56,030 bases of DNA from Bordetella parapertussis (GTDB taxonomy: Bacteria > Pseudomonadota > Gammaproteobacteria > Burkholderiales > SG8-39): positions 1 through 56,030 of the forward strand of contig CAMDFL010000004.1 in the NCBI GenBank assembly GCA_945897475.1, given 5' to 3'. Shown here piece by piece: positions 17,619-28,263 of this stretch. The stretch's first letter is position 1, and the number at the start of each line of letters is the position of its first letter. Position numbers and translations under genes: made by a program. The notes under the pieces were generated by a model. The model searched no databases and was not told where the DNA came from. It saw nothing but the letters and a program-made list of their open reading frames with translations.

Positions 17619-20321
17619 TCAGCGAGAGCTGAATTTTTCTCTGGTACGGACGGTGCGCTCGAGAGTGTCCAGATATTCCAACACCTTGAGCCGTAAATCC
17701 TCGTCAATTTTGTTTTCTGCGAGAAAGCGTAGGGTGATCTGGATCGATGCTCGCGTGGTCTGACCGCCTATGAAGTTGCCAAGCCAGTCATTGACAAAAA
17801 ATATCTTGCGCTCGCGTTTCAATCGGGGGATGGCTGCAAGTGCCGCGGGGAGCAATGGCGCGGTGAGTGATGCTTGCTCAAGTCTGTTGAACGGCCCCAG
17901 CGCCTCTTCGATCCACGCCTCAGGCAGCCGCGTATCCTCGATGAAACGCGCATACAGGGCGCGCTTGGTGTCCGCGTCGGGAGTCGCAGCCGCAGCCGCG
18001 AAGGCATAGCGTCGACCTTCGCCGCTGCTATCGGCGGCGCCGAGCTCATTTTGCAGTTGGGGTGCGTCGGGATCGTCAGCGGCAAGCAGGGTTTGCAGCA
18101 TGCGAAATCGGTCGCGGGAACGCAATACCAGCCCTGGTATCTCTATTTTCCCCGACATTAAATTTTTCAAACGGGTCAGGCTCTCGTTGCCGCGGGCGAG
18201 ATCCGCGAAAGCGCGGAAATATTCGATTCGCCGGCTAGCGTTTGTGGCGGCACGCATTTGGGAGAAAAGAAACTCCTCGATGCGCGCGCTCAGCGCGCCC
18301 CGGCGCCGATCATCGAGGTAACGCAAGTGTGCGACGCGCAGTCGCGCAAGCATTCCCGCCGCGATAATTTCGTTGCGCTCCGCAGGCAGGCGCTCAAGCA
18401 CCAGTTCAAGGTAGCGCTCCGGGTCGAGCTCGGCGTTGCGCACCGATTCCCACAAGGATTCCTGAATCAATGCACGTGTCAGATCTGATCGCATGGTTTC
18501 AGGATGATCCAGCAAGTAGGCGAGGCTCGCAGGGTCAAGCGGGAATTGACCGTAGCCACGGTCCGAAAAATTGGCAATGGCGTACTGGAATTTTCCCGCG
18601 CCTGGGGTCGCAATCTGGGTACGTGCGCGAATCAGGCGTACCTCATGTACGCGCGATCGGCCGGCACTGAGCACTTGAATACGCAGTTTCATCGGCCAGA
18701 TAAAATTTTTGTCCGGGAATTCGCCGCCGACTGCGTGCTGTTCAATGTCTATTTCCCGCAGGTTTCCCGCCTTATCCAGTCGTGGAATCAAGCGAACCCG
18801 TGGCATGCCCTGGTGTTCCACCCAGGCCTTTGCCCAAGGCCCCAGCTTCTCGCCTGAAGATCGCTCCAGCGCCCCCACTAGGTCGCTCCAATTCGCGGCG
18901 CCAAACGCATGACGTTTGATGAATTCGCGGATGCCGTCGCGGAATTTTCGCTCTCCGATGAAAAACTCCGCCTGGCGAAGCACCGCAGGCGCTTTCGCAT
19001 AGACGATATTGCCGTAAGCCGATTTCGCAGCCGACAGATTGACCATGGGCTGGCGGATGGGTGTGGTGCCGCGCGTGACATCGGTTCGGTAGGCGGATGT
19101 TTTCAGCGAGTGAAATGCGACCCAGGCAGGGAATTCCGGCAGCAGGGCTTCCATGGCCTTGGCGGACATGAAATTGGCGAAACCTTCCTTCAACCACAGG
19201 TCATCGAACCAGCGCATGGTCACCAGATCGCCGAACCATTGGTGCGAGGTTTCGTGCAGGAGCAGGTTCGCCCGCCGCAACAAATCGGACATTCCCGGTT
19301 CGATGGGAAACAAAACCGACTCCTCGCGCAGAAAGCTTGCCCCGGCGTGTTCCATGCCCCCATAGGCAAGCTCCGGAATCAATACCAGGTCGTATTTCGC
19401 GAAGGGAAAGGGATGAGCGAAATAGTCGGCGAACCAGTTCATGGCCGCTCGATTGAGTTGGAGCAGATTGTTTGCCTCTTTTGCCGCGCGCTCGGCTTGG
19501 GTACGTCGGGCGAACAGCCGCACTGGCGATTGCGCGCCGGATTCGACAAACTCGACAAACGGCCCAGCGGCAAAAGCAAAAAGATAGGTGCTGATCGGCT
19601 CGGTCGGCGCGAAATGATGGCGCCGTCTTGCGCCCTCGCCCTCGCCCTCGACCTCGGACTTGCGCAATGGCGCGTTGGAGATCAGCTTCCATTCCGATGG
19701 CGCGCTAAGGTTCAGGGTGAAGCGCGCCTTCAAATCGGGTTGATCAAAGCAGGGGAAAATGGTGCTTGCGTCCGAAGGAACAAAAAGCGAGTAAAGATAT
19801 TCCGAACCGTCTTCGCGATCAATGTAACGGGTGATGGCGGCGCCTGCCGTGCCCACCGGCGCCTGAAAACGCATGGCAATACGGTTTTCGCCCCGTTCGA
19901 GCAACGCTCCGGGAATGATCAAATGGTCAGCGTCGAACCGAACGCCAAATGCCGGCAGCCCATTGACGAGGATATCGTGCACACGTTCCTCGGCGCGCTC
20001 GCCGCGCCAATCTAGGATGAGATCGTCCAGCGCATTCGTTGCTGTGTTCAGTGTTTTTCTCGCAGCCGTGATTTCCGCGGTGTTCGCCGCCGCGCTGTCT
20101 ACAATATTTACGCGAATATCAATAAAACCTTCGAGACGGCTTGCGCCGCTGTGAAGATTGAGAGTCACTGCGTATTGGACGTCGCGGTAATGCTGGGTGC
20201 GCCACCGCGCCAACTCCAGAGAAACACCGGGTTCGATGCGAGCTGGCGCCGCGGATGCGAACACAGGCAATAGAAAGACGAAAGTAAAGAAAATCCAAAC
20301 GCCGCGAAACCCCGCCGGCAA
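17619..20321 (-). CDS. pepN: M1-family aminopeptidase N, probably exported
   Basis: FPCFDQPDLKA, GGMEH exopeptidase motif, HETSHQWFGD..W..LWLKEGFA zinc motif; N-terminal signal-like stretch. Confidence 0.9.
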   Translation of the reverse strand: MPAGFRGVWIFFTFVFLLPVFASAAPARIEPGVSLELARWRTQHYRDVQYAVTLNLHSGASRLEGFIDIRVNIVDSAAANTAEITAARKTLNTATNALDDLILDWRGERAEERVHDILVNGLPAFGVRFDADHLIIPGALLERGENRIAMRFQAPVGTAGAAITRYIDREDGSEYLYSLFVPSDASTIFPCFDQPDLKARFTLNLSAPSEWKLISNAPLRKSEVEGEGEGARRRHHFAPTEPISTYLFAFAAGPFVEFVESGAQSPVRLFARRTQAERAAKEANNLLQLNRAAMNWFADYFAHPFPFAKYDLVLIPELAYGGMEHAGASFLREESVLFPIEPGMSDLLRRANLLLHETSHQWFGDLVTMRWFDDLWLKEGFANFMSAKAMEALLPEFPAWVAFHSLKTSAYRTDVTRGTTPIRQPMVNLSAAKSAYGNIVYAKAPAVLRQAEFFIGERKFRDGIREFIKRHAFGAANWSDLVGALERSSGEKLGPWAKAWVEHQGMPRVRLIPRLDKAGNLREIDIEQHAVGGEFPDKNFIWPMKLRIQVLSAGRSRVHEVRLIRARTQIATPGAGKFQYAIANFSDRGYGQFPLDPASLAYLLDHPETMRSDLTRALIQESLWESVRNAELDPERYLELVLERLPAERNEIIAAGMLARLRVAHLRYLDDRRRGALSARIEEFLFSQMRAATNASRRIEYFRAFADLARGNESLTRLKNLMSGKIEIPGLVLRSRDRFRMLQTLLAADDPDAPQLQNELGAADSSGEGRRYAFAAAAATPDADTKRALYARFIEDTRLPEAWIEEALGPFNRLEQASLTAPLLPAALAAIPRLKRERKIFFVNDWLGNFIGGQTTRASIQITLRFLAENKIDEDLRLKVLEYLDTLERTVRTREKFSSR

Positions 20322-20329
20322 GCGCGCGC

Positions 20330-20845
20330 TCAGGAGGATTTCGGACTAGGCAGCCGCCACTCAGGCAACTGCGCGCGCGCGTCGCGCAGCTCTCGCGCCA
20401 TTCGCAAGGCCATCTCCCGCCCGCGATAGTAGCCTGGCACATAGGCGGTTTCGACAAATCCCAAGGCCCGATAGAAGCGCCGCGCGGCTTGGTTGCGCGA
20501 ACGCAATTCCAGGTGAATGCTTGCCGTTCCCGCTACGCGCGCGGATTTCAGCAACCACTCCATCAAGCGCCGGCCGATACCCTGGCGTTGGTGTGACGGA
20601 CGTACTGCGAGAAGGGAAAGATGCGCATGCTCTTCGCCGAAAAATGCAATAACGAAGGCCACCACCCGGCCGCGTTCCAAAGCAACCAGCGTGACGGTAT
20701 TTTTTTCGGCCATGGAACGGGCGACGCGCTCCGGACTCCATGACCAGCCCAGGCCTGATTCAATTAAATCGCGGGATAGCCCCGCGATAATTTCGGCGTC
20801 ACCCGCTCGGGCTGGCCGCAGCACTACACTGTCTGATCGATTCAT
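20330..20845 (-). CDS. GNAT N-acetyltransferase (RimI-like)
   Basis: LAVRPSHQRQGIGRRL, LELRSRNQAARRFYRALGF, GYY. Confidence 0.88.
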   Translation of the reverse strand: MNRSDSVVLRPARAGDAEIIAGLSRDLIESGLGWSWSPERVARSMAEKNTVTLVALERGRVVAFVIAFFGEEHAHLSLLAVRPSHQRQGIGRRLMEWLLKSARVAGTASIHLELRSRNQAARRFYRALGFVETAYVPGYYRGREMALRMARELRDARAQLPEWRLPSPKSS

Positions 20846-20979
20846 GTTGCCAGCCCGCGGTGTATGCGAAGATTATTATTGGCGCGCGTCGAAAAGTGTG
20901 ATGCGCCAGCTTAGCACGGGCTTCATTAAAAACGCCAGAGGGTAATGCCGCAGCATTTTTAGTGCCTTGACAGACAACA

Positions 20980-21393
20980 CTAAAAAGGTTTAACCACCAC
21001 AAGAATCACTGCTGCGATCAACAGTACTACCGGGACTTCATTGAACCAACGATACCAGACATGGGATTTTGTATTGCGATCAGCGGCAAAATCACGCAGC
21101 AATTGTCCACACCAGAAATGATAGGCCACCAGCAACGTGACGATGGCAAGTTTCGCTATGAGCCAGCCGCCGGAAAATCCGTAGTCCAGGTACAACCAGA
21201 ATCCGGATAAAAGGGCCAGCACTGCGCTCGGCATCATGATGCCGCGATATAACTTTCGTTCCATGATCTTGAAGCGTTCGATGCCTTCACGGTCGGTAGC
21301 GCTGGCGTGATAGACGAACAGGCGCGGCAGATAGAAAATTGCCGCGAACCATGTAATGACAAAAATGATGTGAAAGGCTTTAATCCAGAGCAT
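20980..21393 (-). CDS. hemJ: Protoporphyrinogen IX oxidase HemJ (CopD family)
   Basis: MLWIKAFHIIFVITWFAAIFYLPRLFVYHA...MERKLY...YRWFNEVP...VVVKPF; true start ATG at 21393. Confidence 0.92.
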   Translation of the reverse strand: MLWIKAFHIIFVITWFAAIFYLPRLFVYHASATDREGIERFKIMERKLYRGIMMPSAVLALLSGFWLYLDYGFSGGWLIAKLAIVTLLVAYHFWCGQLLRDFAADRNTKSHVWYRWFNEVPVVLLIAAVILVVVKPF

Positions 21394-21410
21394 TTGTTCG
21401 GCGCGCTCGG

Positions 21411-22190
21411 CTAATCCAGAAACCGACGGCGGAAAAGAACCACCGCAGCATAAAAGCCCAGCAGCGCGTAGGCAAGCAAGACCAATATGTTTGTCAGCGG
21501 CGCCGCCGGTATCTCGCCGAACAAGAGCGGGCGAACCAGGTCGGTGGCATGAGTGAGCGGCAGCACTGACGCAAATGCCTGCAATGGCGCGGGTAGTTGC
21601 GATATCGGATAGAACACACCGCACAACATCGCCATGGGCGTGATCACCAGGGTGAAGTAGTACATGAAAAAGTCGTAGCTGCGAGCCAGCGCGGTGATAG
21701 TGAGAGCCAATGCGCCGAAGACCAGGCCAATCAAGGGAATGACCGCGAGTATCCACAAGGACAGCAGAGAGTTCGTCAGCCCCAGCACCCAGACCACGAC
21801 CAGGATGGCCAGGCCGGACAGGAAGCTTTTACTCGCGGCCCAGGTGAGCTCGGCCAGCACCACGTCGTCCAGGCTTACAGGCGCGTTCATGATCGCCTCC
21901 CAGGTGCGTTGCACGTGCATACGCGAAAAGCCCGAGTACAAGGCCTCGAAAGTGGCGCTGTTCATGGTGGAGAAGCACACCGTCCCAGCGGCAAGAAAGG
22001 CAATGTAGGACACGCCACCAACATCGGGAACGAGGCTTCCCAGTCCATAGCCTAGTCCCAGCATGTAAATCAATGGGTCGGCGAAATTGCCGAGGATGGA
22101 AGGAATGGCCAGCTTGCGCCAGACCAGCAGATTGCGGCGCCACACCGGTATGAAGCGCAGGCTTGGCGCCGGCGGCGCGTAACGACTCAT
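21411..22190 (-). CDS. nodJ: NodJ-like ABC-2 permease
   Basis: VWRRNLLVWRKL, DPLIYMLGLGYGLG, YSGFSRMHVQRTWEAIM, SYDFFMYY. Confidence 0.88.
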   Translation of the reverse strand: MSRYAPPAPSLRFIPVWRRNLLVWRKLAIPSILGNFADPLIYMLGLGYGLGSLVPDVGGVSYIAFLAAGTVCFSTMNSATFEALYSGFSRMHVQRTWEAIMNAPVSLDDVVLAELTWAASKSFLSGLAILVVVWVLGLTNSLLSLWILAVIPLIGLVFGALALTITALARSYDFFMYYFTLVITPMAMLCGVFYPISQLPAPLQAFASVLPLTHATDLVRPLLFGEIPAAPLTNILVLLAYALLGFYAAVVLFRRRFLD

Positions 22191-22192
22191 AC

Positions 22193-23119
22193 TCATTCGC
22201 GCAGGTCTCGACCGGTTAGCTTGAGAAACACGTCTTCGAGATTTGCGTGCCTGTGCATGTAGCGCAACTCATTTTCGGTCTGTGCATTTCTGTGCTCAAG
22301 GTTCGCGAGCAAGGGACCCGGTTCACGCGAATAGCAAAATGCCGTTTCCCCGGCGATCTCAACCCGATCCGCCAATTGCGAGGCGCGCGTTTTGGCCCAC
22401 TCAGTGACGCCATCGCCATAGACCTCGACTACCTGTGGCTCGATATGCTCGGCGATCAACTGGCGCGGCGAGCCTTCGGCGATGATCCTGCCGGTGTCCA
22501 TGATGGCAAGGCGGGAGCAAAGCCGTTCAGCCTCATCCATGAAATGCGTGGTGAGCAGAATGGTTCGTCCTTCGCCAAGCAGTTGTTTCATTCGCGCCCA
22601 GATGAGGTGGCGTGCTTGTGGATCAAGCCCTGTCGTGGGTTCATCCATGAAAATGACTTCCGGATCGTTGACCAGGGCGCGCGCCATGGTGAGCCTGCGT
22701 TTCATGCCACCGGAGAGTTCTTGGATTCGCGCGGTGGCGCGGCCGGAGAGACCCGCAAATTCGAGCAATTTCGGAATCCGCCTGCGCACCTCTTCTTGAT
22801 GCAGGCCGAAATATCGTCCATAGACAATCAGGTTCTCCTCAACGGTGAAATCCGGGTCGAGATTATCCATCTGCGGTACCACGCCGACACGAACCCGGGC
22901 TTCGCGTGCCGCAAGCGGCACCGGCATGCCTCGCAAGCTGAGCGTTCCCCCATCGGGTTCGATTAGACCCAGACATAAGCGCAAGGTCGTGGTCTTGCCC
23001 GCGCCATTGGGGCCGAGCAGCCCATAGCACTCGCCGCGTTCAATTGAAAAGCTAACGCCACGCAGAACTTCTGTGGCGCCGTAGGATTTGCGAAGGCCCT
23101 CTACTGAAAGGACGGCCAT
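22193..23119 (-). CDS. nodI: NodI-like ABC ATP-binding protein
   Basis: GPNGAGKTT, VVPQMDNLDPDFTV, LSGGMKRRL, DEPTTGLDPQARH, LEDVFLKLTGRDLR. Confidence 0.9.
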   Translation of the reverse strand: MAVLSVEGLRKSYGATEVLRGVSFSIERGECYGLLGPNGAGKTTTLRLCLGLIEPDGGTLSLRGMPVPLAAREARVRVGVVPQMDNLDPDFTVEENLIVYGRYFGLHQEEVRRRIPKLLEFAGLSGRATARIQELSGGMKRRLTMARALVNDPEVIFMDEPTTGLDPQARHLIWARMKQLLGEGRTILLTTHFMDEAERLCSRLAIMDTGRIIAEGSPRQLIAEHIEPQVVEVYGDGVTEWAKTRASQLADRVEIAGETAFCYSREPGPLLANLEHRNAQTENELRYMHRHANLEDVFLKLTGRDLRE

Positions 23120-23736
23120 GCGCGTTTGACGATGCCGCGAATAATATTCAGGCGGCGGTGAAAAAAATGATCGGCGCCAGGTATGACAGTCACTGGAAGA
23201 TCCTGAGGCGCGGCCCAGGCAAGCACATTGGCCAGCGGTACAGTTTCATCCAATTCGCCATGAATGACCACCGTGTCTTCGGGGACATTTGCGCCGGCGT
23301 ATTCGCGGTCGCCGCTGACGCGGCCCACCGCTGTGCCCACCAATACCATGCGTTCGACGGCGATGCGCTGCGCCAGCCGGATTTGCACATAGGAACCAAA
23401 GGAGAATCCGCAAAGCACGGTTTTCTGGTTGCCGAAGCGTTGCGAGGCCCATTCGCAAACCTTTTGTAAATCCTCGGTTTCCCCTATGCCCTTGTCGTGC
23501 GTGCCCTGGCTTTGCCCGACGCCGCGAAAATTGGGTCGCACAGCCACGTAGCCCAGATCGCGAAACGCCCAAGCCAGCGTCTGCGCGACCTTATTGTCCA
23601 GGGCGCCGCCGTAGAGGGGATGCGGATGGGCAACCAGCGCTACGCCGCGCGGTGGCTCGCTATCGCGAAAATCCAGTACCGCCTCGATCGCCCCCGCCTC
23701 GCCGGGGATGAGCACCCGCTCGACCGTGCCGCTCAT
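23101..23736 (-). CDS. Alpha/beta hydrolase (HPHP-type)
   Basis: HPHPLYGG..DNKV, NFRGVG.S.G..D.G.GE, GFSFG, HGE.DE, HFFH. Confidence 0.9.
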   Translation of the reverse strand: MSGTVERVLIPGEAGAIEAVLDFRDSEPPRGVALVAHPHPLYGGALDNKVAQTLAWAFRDLGYVAVRPNFRGVGQSQGTHDKGIGETEDLQKVCEWASQRFGNQKTVLCGFSFGSYVQIRLAQRIAVERMVLVGTAVGRVSGDREYAGANVPEDTVVIHGELDETVPLANVLAWAAPQDLPVTVIPGADHFFHRRLNIIRGIVKRAWPSFQ

Positions 23737-24041
23737 ATCCGCAGGCGGTCGACCACCTTGCCGTTTTTGAGATGTTCCTCGACGATCTCGTCGATGTCGG
23801 ATTTATCCACGTAGGTGTACCAGACTTCTTCCGGGTAGACGACCATCACCGGGCCGAGTTCGCAGCGGTCCAGGCAACCCGCCTGGTTGATGCGCGTTTT
23901 GCCTTCGCCTGAGAGTCCCAGTGCCTTGACCTTGCCCTTGGCGTAATCGCGTAGATCCTGCGCCCCATGATCGTTGCAACAGGCATCGCCATTGGTGCGT
24001 TGGTTGCAGCAAAAAAATACGTGGTGTTGGTAATGGCTCAC
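23733..24041 (-). CDS. Thioredoxin-like [2Fe-2S] ferredoxin
   Basis: HVFFCCNQR..C...RINQAGCLDRCELGPVMVVYPE.VWY. Confidence 0.93.
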   Translation of the reverse strand: MSHYQHHVFFCCNQRTNGDACCNDHGAQDLRDYAKGKVKALGLSGEGKTRINQAGCLDRCELGPVMVVYPEEVWYTYVDKSDIDEIVEEHLKNGKVVDRLRI

Positions 24042-24170
24042 GGTGCTTCCTTGCTTTTTGATGGTTCAGTGGTAAAAACATGAAGCCTCGTCAGAAACAT
24101 GTTTTATCGCGAGGGATGAGTTTTTCGATTAATCCGATGGAAGTGCGCGATTTTAGCGCGTTGCCCAGGC

Positions 24171-25202
<1,032 letters not shown>

Positions 25203-25251
25203 TTATCAGCTTGCTAATGCCCTTGATACCCGCATAAGCCGCTTATTTTTT

Positions 25252-25279
25252 GAACCTTTTGCCCTTTGCGCCACTCTAT
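25252..25279 (+). promoter_or_regulatory. Putative sigmaE (RpoE/AlgU)-type promoter for the sRNA
   Basis: GAACCT (25252-25257), 17 nt, TCTAT (25275-25279), just upstream of the first hairpin. Confidence 0.5.
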
Positions 25280-25284
25280 CCAAT

Positions 25285-25388
25285 GGATGACTTTTTAATC
25301 ATCTCCCGCTCCTCCTCCCTGAGCGGTGCGCCTTAGATCCTAAGGCGTTTCCCCCGGGCTTTATTCCCCTTTAGCCCGGGGCTTTTTA
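25285..25388 (+). ncRNA. anti-hemB RNA motif-like small RNA
   Basis: Opposite strand upstream of hemB; hairpins GATGA/TCATC, CCGCTC-(CTCCTCCCT)-GAGCGG, CGCCTTAG/CTAAGGCG, then terminator CCCCGGGCT/AGCCCGGGG + T run; position and architecture match the betaproteobacterial anti-hemB motif. Confidence 0.75.
25352..25388 (+). terminator. Rho-independent terminator of the sRNA, overlapping the engB stop codon
   Basis: CCCCGGGCT-N12-AGCCCGGGG-CTTTTT. Confidence 0.75.
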
Positions 25389-26110
25389 CTTTCCGGCTTC
25401 CATATTCCATCGCTGCGGCGCCGAATTCGGCCCGAGGGATTAGGTGGTTTTTTCGGGGTGACGCTGGGCGCGAGATCGGATGTCGATGAATTTGGAGTGG
25501 TGTTCGCGTGCGCCACCGTCATTGACAGCCAGCCCGCGAATACCGCTTCCGCCTCCTCGATGCCACTGCGCTTGAGGCTGGAGAACAGTTGTACCGAAAA
25601 ATGCGGCGACAACTGCGTGAGTGCTTCGCGTACCACGATCAAACGAGCCGCGGCTTCGGTGCGCGCCAACTTGTCCGATTTGGTTAAAAGGACATGAATT
25701 GGGATACCCGTTGGCCGCATGAAATCGATCATTCGTTGATCGAGCTCGGTCATTGGGTGGCGAATGTCCATCATCAGCGCCATGCCTCGCAGTTCTGGTC
25801 GTCCCTGTAAATAGCTGCCTAACACTTTGTCCCATTTCGAGCGTATGGCCCCAGGAACACTGGCGTAGCCATAACCGGGAAGATCCACCAGGAAGCGCAT
25901 TTCTCCGAGCTCGAAAAAATTAATCATCTGGGTGCGACCTGGTAACTTACTGACAAACGCCAGGCGACGTCGAGTGGCCATGGTATTGATGGCGCTGGAT
26001 TTGCCGGCGTTGGAGCGGCCTGCGAACGCAATTTCACCTGCGCTCGCGGGAAGCGGGTCATCCAAAGTGGCAACACTGAAGGCGTAGACCGCGTTTTGAA
26101 ACAGGGGCAT
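25361..26110 (-). CDS. engB: Ribosome biogenesis GTPase YihA/YsxC
   Basis: EIAFAGRSNAGKSS, PGRTQ.INFF, VDLPGYGY, LTKSDKL. Confidence 0.96.
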   Translation of the reverse strand: MPLFQNAVYAFSVATLDDPLPASAGEIAFAGRSNAGKSSAINTMATRRRLAFVSKLPGRTQMINFFELGEMRFLVDLPGYGYASVPGAIRSKWDKVLGSYLQGRPELRGMALMMDIRHPMTELDQRMIDFMRPTGIPIHVLLTKSDKLARTEAAARLIVVREALTQLSPHFSVQLFSSLKRSGIEEAEAVFAGWLSMTVAHANTTPNSSTSDLAPSVTPKKPPNPSGRIRRRSDGIWKPESKKPRAKGE

Positions 26111-26298
26111 GGGGCTGAGGCCGGTTATAGATTGCTAAATGCGGGGTTGCTAAAATGCGGACGCCTCAAAGAGGGCAGCCGCAATGACGACGGCCTGCTA
26201 GAATATCAGTATTACAAAGCACTGATTGTCCGGGTGAGCGCGAGTTCAGCGGTACGGACAAAAGGTCCTCGTCGCTATTTTATTCGGGTCTCATAGAC

Positions 26299-26946
26299 AT
26301 GGCTTCACAAAAAATTTCGCTTCTCACCACCCTTGCATTTGCGCACGCCATATTGGCGGGATGTACATCCGCGGCGATTGCGCAGTCCGGTGCGGCCAAG
26401 GCAGATCCTGAAAAAGGCAGGGTGGTTGCCGCCAAAGTTTGCGCCGCCTGCCATGGCGAGGACGGGAACAGCCCAGCGGCAATCAATCCGAAACTGGCAG
26501 GTCAGCATCCCGAATATCTATCGAAACAACTGGCCAATTTCAAGGCCAATACAGAACGCAAGAATCCGGTGATGCTGGGCATGAGCGCAACTCTTTCGCC
26601 CGAGGATATAAAGAATATTTCTGCGTACTACTCGGCCCAAAAACCCAAGGATGGCGCGGCCAAAAATGCCAATTCCGCCGACCTGGGCCGCAAAATCTAC
26701 CGTGGTGGCGATGTGGCCAAAGGTCTGGCGGCGTGCGCATCGTGTCATGGCGCCACTGGCGCGGGAATGCCTTCGCAGTATCCGCGCCTGGCAGGACAGC
26801 ATGCCGAATACACTGAGGCGCAATTGCGAACCTTCCGTGCGGGTGAGCGTGCCAACGACCCAAATAAGATGATGCGCATGGTCGCCGAGAAAATGAGCGA
26901 CGCTGAGATCAAGGCGGTTGCCGATTACATCGCGGGTCTGCGCTAG
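26299..26946 (+). CDS. Diheme cytochrome c4
   Basis: Signal peptide, two CxxCH (CAACH, CASCH), PKLAGQH/PRLAGQH; divergent from engB as usual. Confidence 0.95.
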   Translation: MASQKISLLTTLAFAHAILAGCTSAAIAQSGAAKADPEKGRVVAAKVCAACHGEDGNSPAAINPKLAGQHPEYLSKQLANFKANTERKNPVMLGMSATLSPEDIKNISAYYSAQKPKDGAAKNANSADLGRKIYRGGDVAKGLAACASCHGATGAGMPSQYPRLAGQHAEYTEAQLRTFRAGERANDPNKMMRMVAEKMSDAEIKAVADYIAGLR

Positions 26947-27083
26947 CCGGTTGATTGATGCGGCGATTTCCTGACGTTTTCTTGAATAATGGAATAGTGT
27001 TCCAGGGGACCCTTAGCCACTTACAAGCTGAGTGTTGACAATTCTGGCAAAGAATCAGGGTTTGAATAAGGGTTTAAATACGT

Positions 27084-27130
27084 CCTGCCAAAATGTAGCC
27101 TTGCGCTTTTTGCAACGCTACATTTTCAGG
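27084..27130. repeat. Long imperfect inverted repeat in the c4-msrP spacer
   Basis: CCTG..AAAATGTAGC.TTGC-loop-GCAA.GCTACATTTT-CAGG. Confidence 0.7.
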
Positions 27131-27303
27131 GAAACGCGGCCTAAATGACACCCGGTTTGGTTTCGGCTACACCTGTTTAGGTTGCTAATGCGCTTATCCG
27201 CTGGTTGATGCCCGGGTCAGTTCGCGAGATCGAGGCTGTAAGGAATTCGGGTTTTGGCGCGACTGAGTTAGCATCGCCATAACCGAAAAACGGAGTGCTT
27301 CGC

Positions 27304-28251
27304 ATGTTGATCAAACGCCCCAGTGACCTCCGACCCACCGAGATAACCCCGCAAAATATTTATCATCGGCGGCGAGAGTTCGTTGCTGCAGCTGGAGCAT
27401 TGGCTCTTGGCGCGATCGCCGGTGCGGGAACAAATGATGCCGTCGCGCAGGATGGCGCGAAACTGGCTGGGTTTACGAAAAGCAAATTCTCCACGACTGA
27501 AAAAACGAACACCATCAAGGATGTATCCAGCTACGTGAATTATTACGAGTTCGGCACCGATAAATCTGATCCTCCCCAGTATGCGAAGCGATTGAAAACT
27601 CAGCCCTGGACGGTCGTGGTCGAGGGCGCGGTGAAAAAGCCGCGCACTTTCGGGATTGAAGATTTGATGAAGATGCAGTTGGAAGAGCGCATCTATCGCT
27701 TGCGCTGCGTTGAGGCCTGGTCGATGGTGATTCCTTGGATCGGGTTTGAATTCAACAAACTGGCGAATCTCGTCGAACCCACAAGCAGCGCGAAGTTCGT
27801 GGAATTTCACACAGCACTGCAGCCTGAGAATATGCCGGGAGTGCGTTTGCCGGTGCTTGAATGGCCATACATTGAAGGGCTGAGAATCGACGAAGCCATG
27901 CATCCATTGACGATTTTATCGCTAGGAATGTATGACCAGGTGCTGCCCAATCAAAACGGCGCGCCGGTGAGGTTGGTGGTTCCATGGAAGTACGGTTTTA
28001 AGAGCGGCAAGTCGATTGTGCGAATTCGTTTCGTCGAAAAGCAGCCACGCACCGCATGGGAGAAAGCCAATTCCCAGGAGTATGGGTTTTACTCAAACGT
28101 CAATCCGGATGTCGATCACCCGCGCTGGAGCCAACGCAGCGAAAAGCGGCTGCCGGCATTCTTTGCCAATCACAAGACGCAGCTGTTCAATGGCTATGGC
28201 GATCAGGTCGCGAGCCTTTATGCGGGGATGGATCTGCGCAAGAACTATTAA
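27304..28251 (+). CDS. msrP: Periplasmic protein-methionine-sulfoxide reductase catalytic subunit
   Basis: EITP..Y..RREF Tat motif, NYYEFGTDK.DP, EERIYRLRCVEAWSMVIPW, VPWKYGFKS.KSIV, HPRWSQ. Confidence 0.96.
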   Translation: MLIKRPSDLRPTEITPQNIYHRRREFVAAAGALALGAIAGAGTNDAVAQDGAKLAGFTKSKFSTTEKTNTIKDVSSYVNYYEFGTDKSDPPQYAKRLKTQPWTVVVEGAVKKPRTFGIEDLMKMQLEERIYRLRCVEAWSMVIPWIGFEFNKLANLVEPTSSAKFVEFHTALQPENMPGVRLPVLEWPYIEGLRIDEAMHPLTILSLGMYDQVLPNQNGAPVRLVVPWKYGFKSGKSIVRIRFVEKQPRTAWEKANSQEYGFYSNVNPDVDHPRWSQRSEKRLPAFFANHKTQLFNGYGDQVASLYAGMDLRKNY

Positions 28252-28263
28252 TCGGATCTCGCG

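Noticed and set aside
20980-21756. 258-aa extended HemJ from the ORF track
   Set aside because: The extension overlaps nodJ in another frame; the family N-terminus begins at ATG 21393
21411-23119. nodIJ as evidence of nodulation
   Set aside because: NodIJ-like transporters are widespread in non-symbiotic Betaproteobacteria and nodABC are absent from the window
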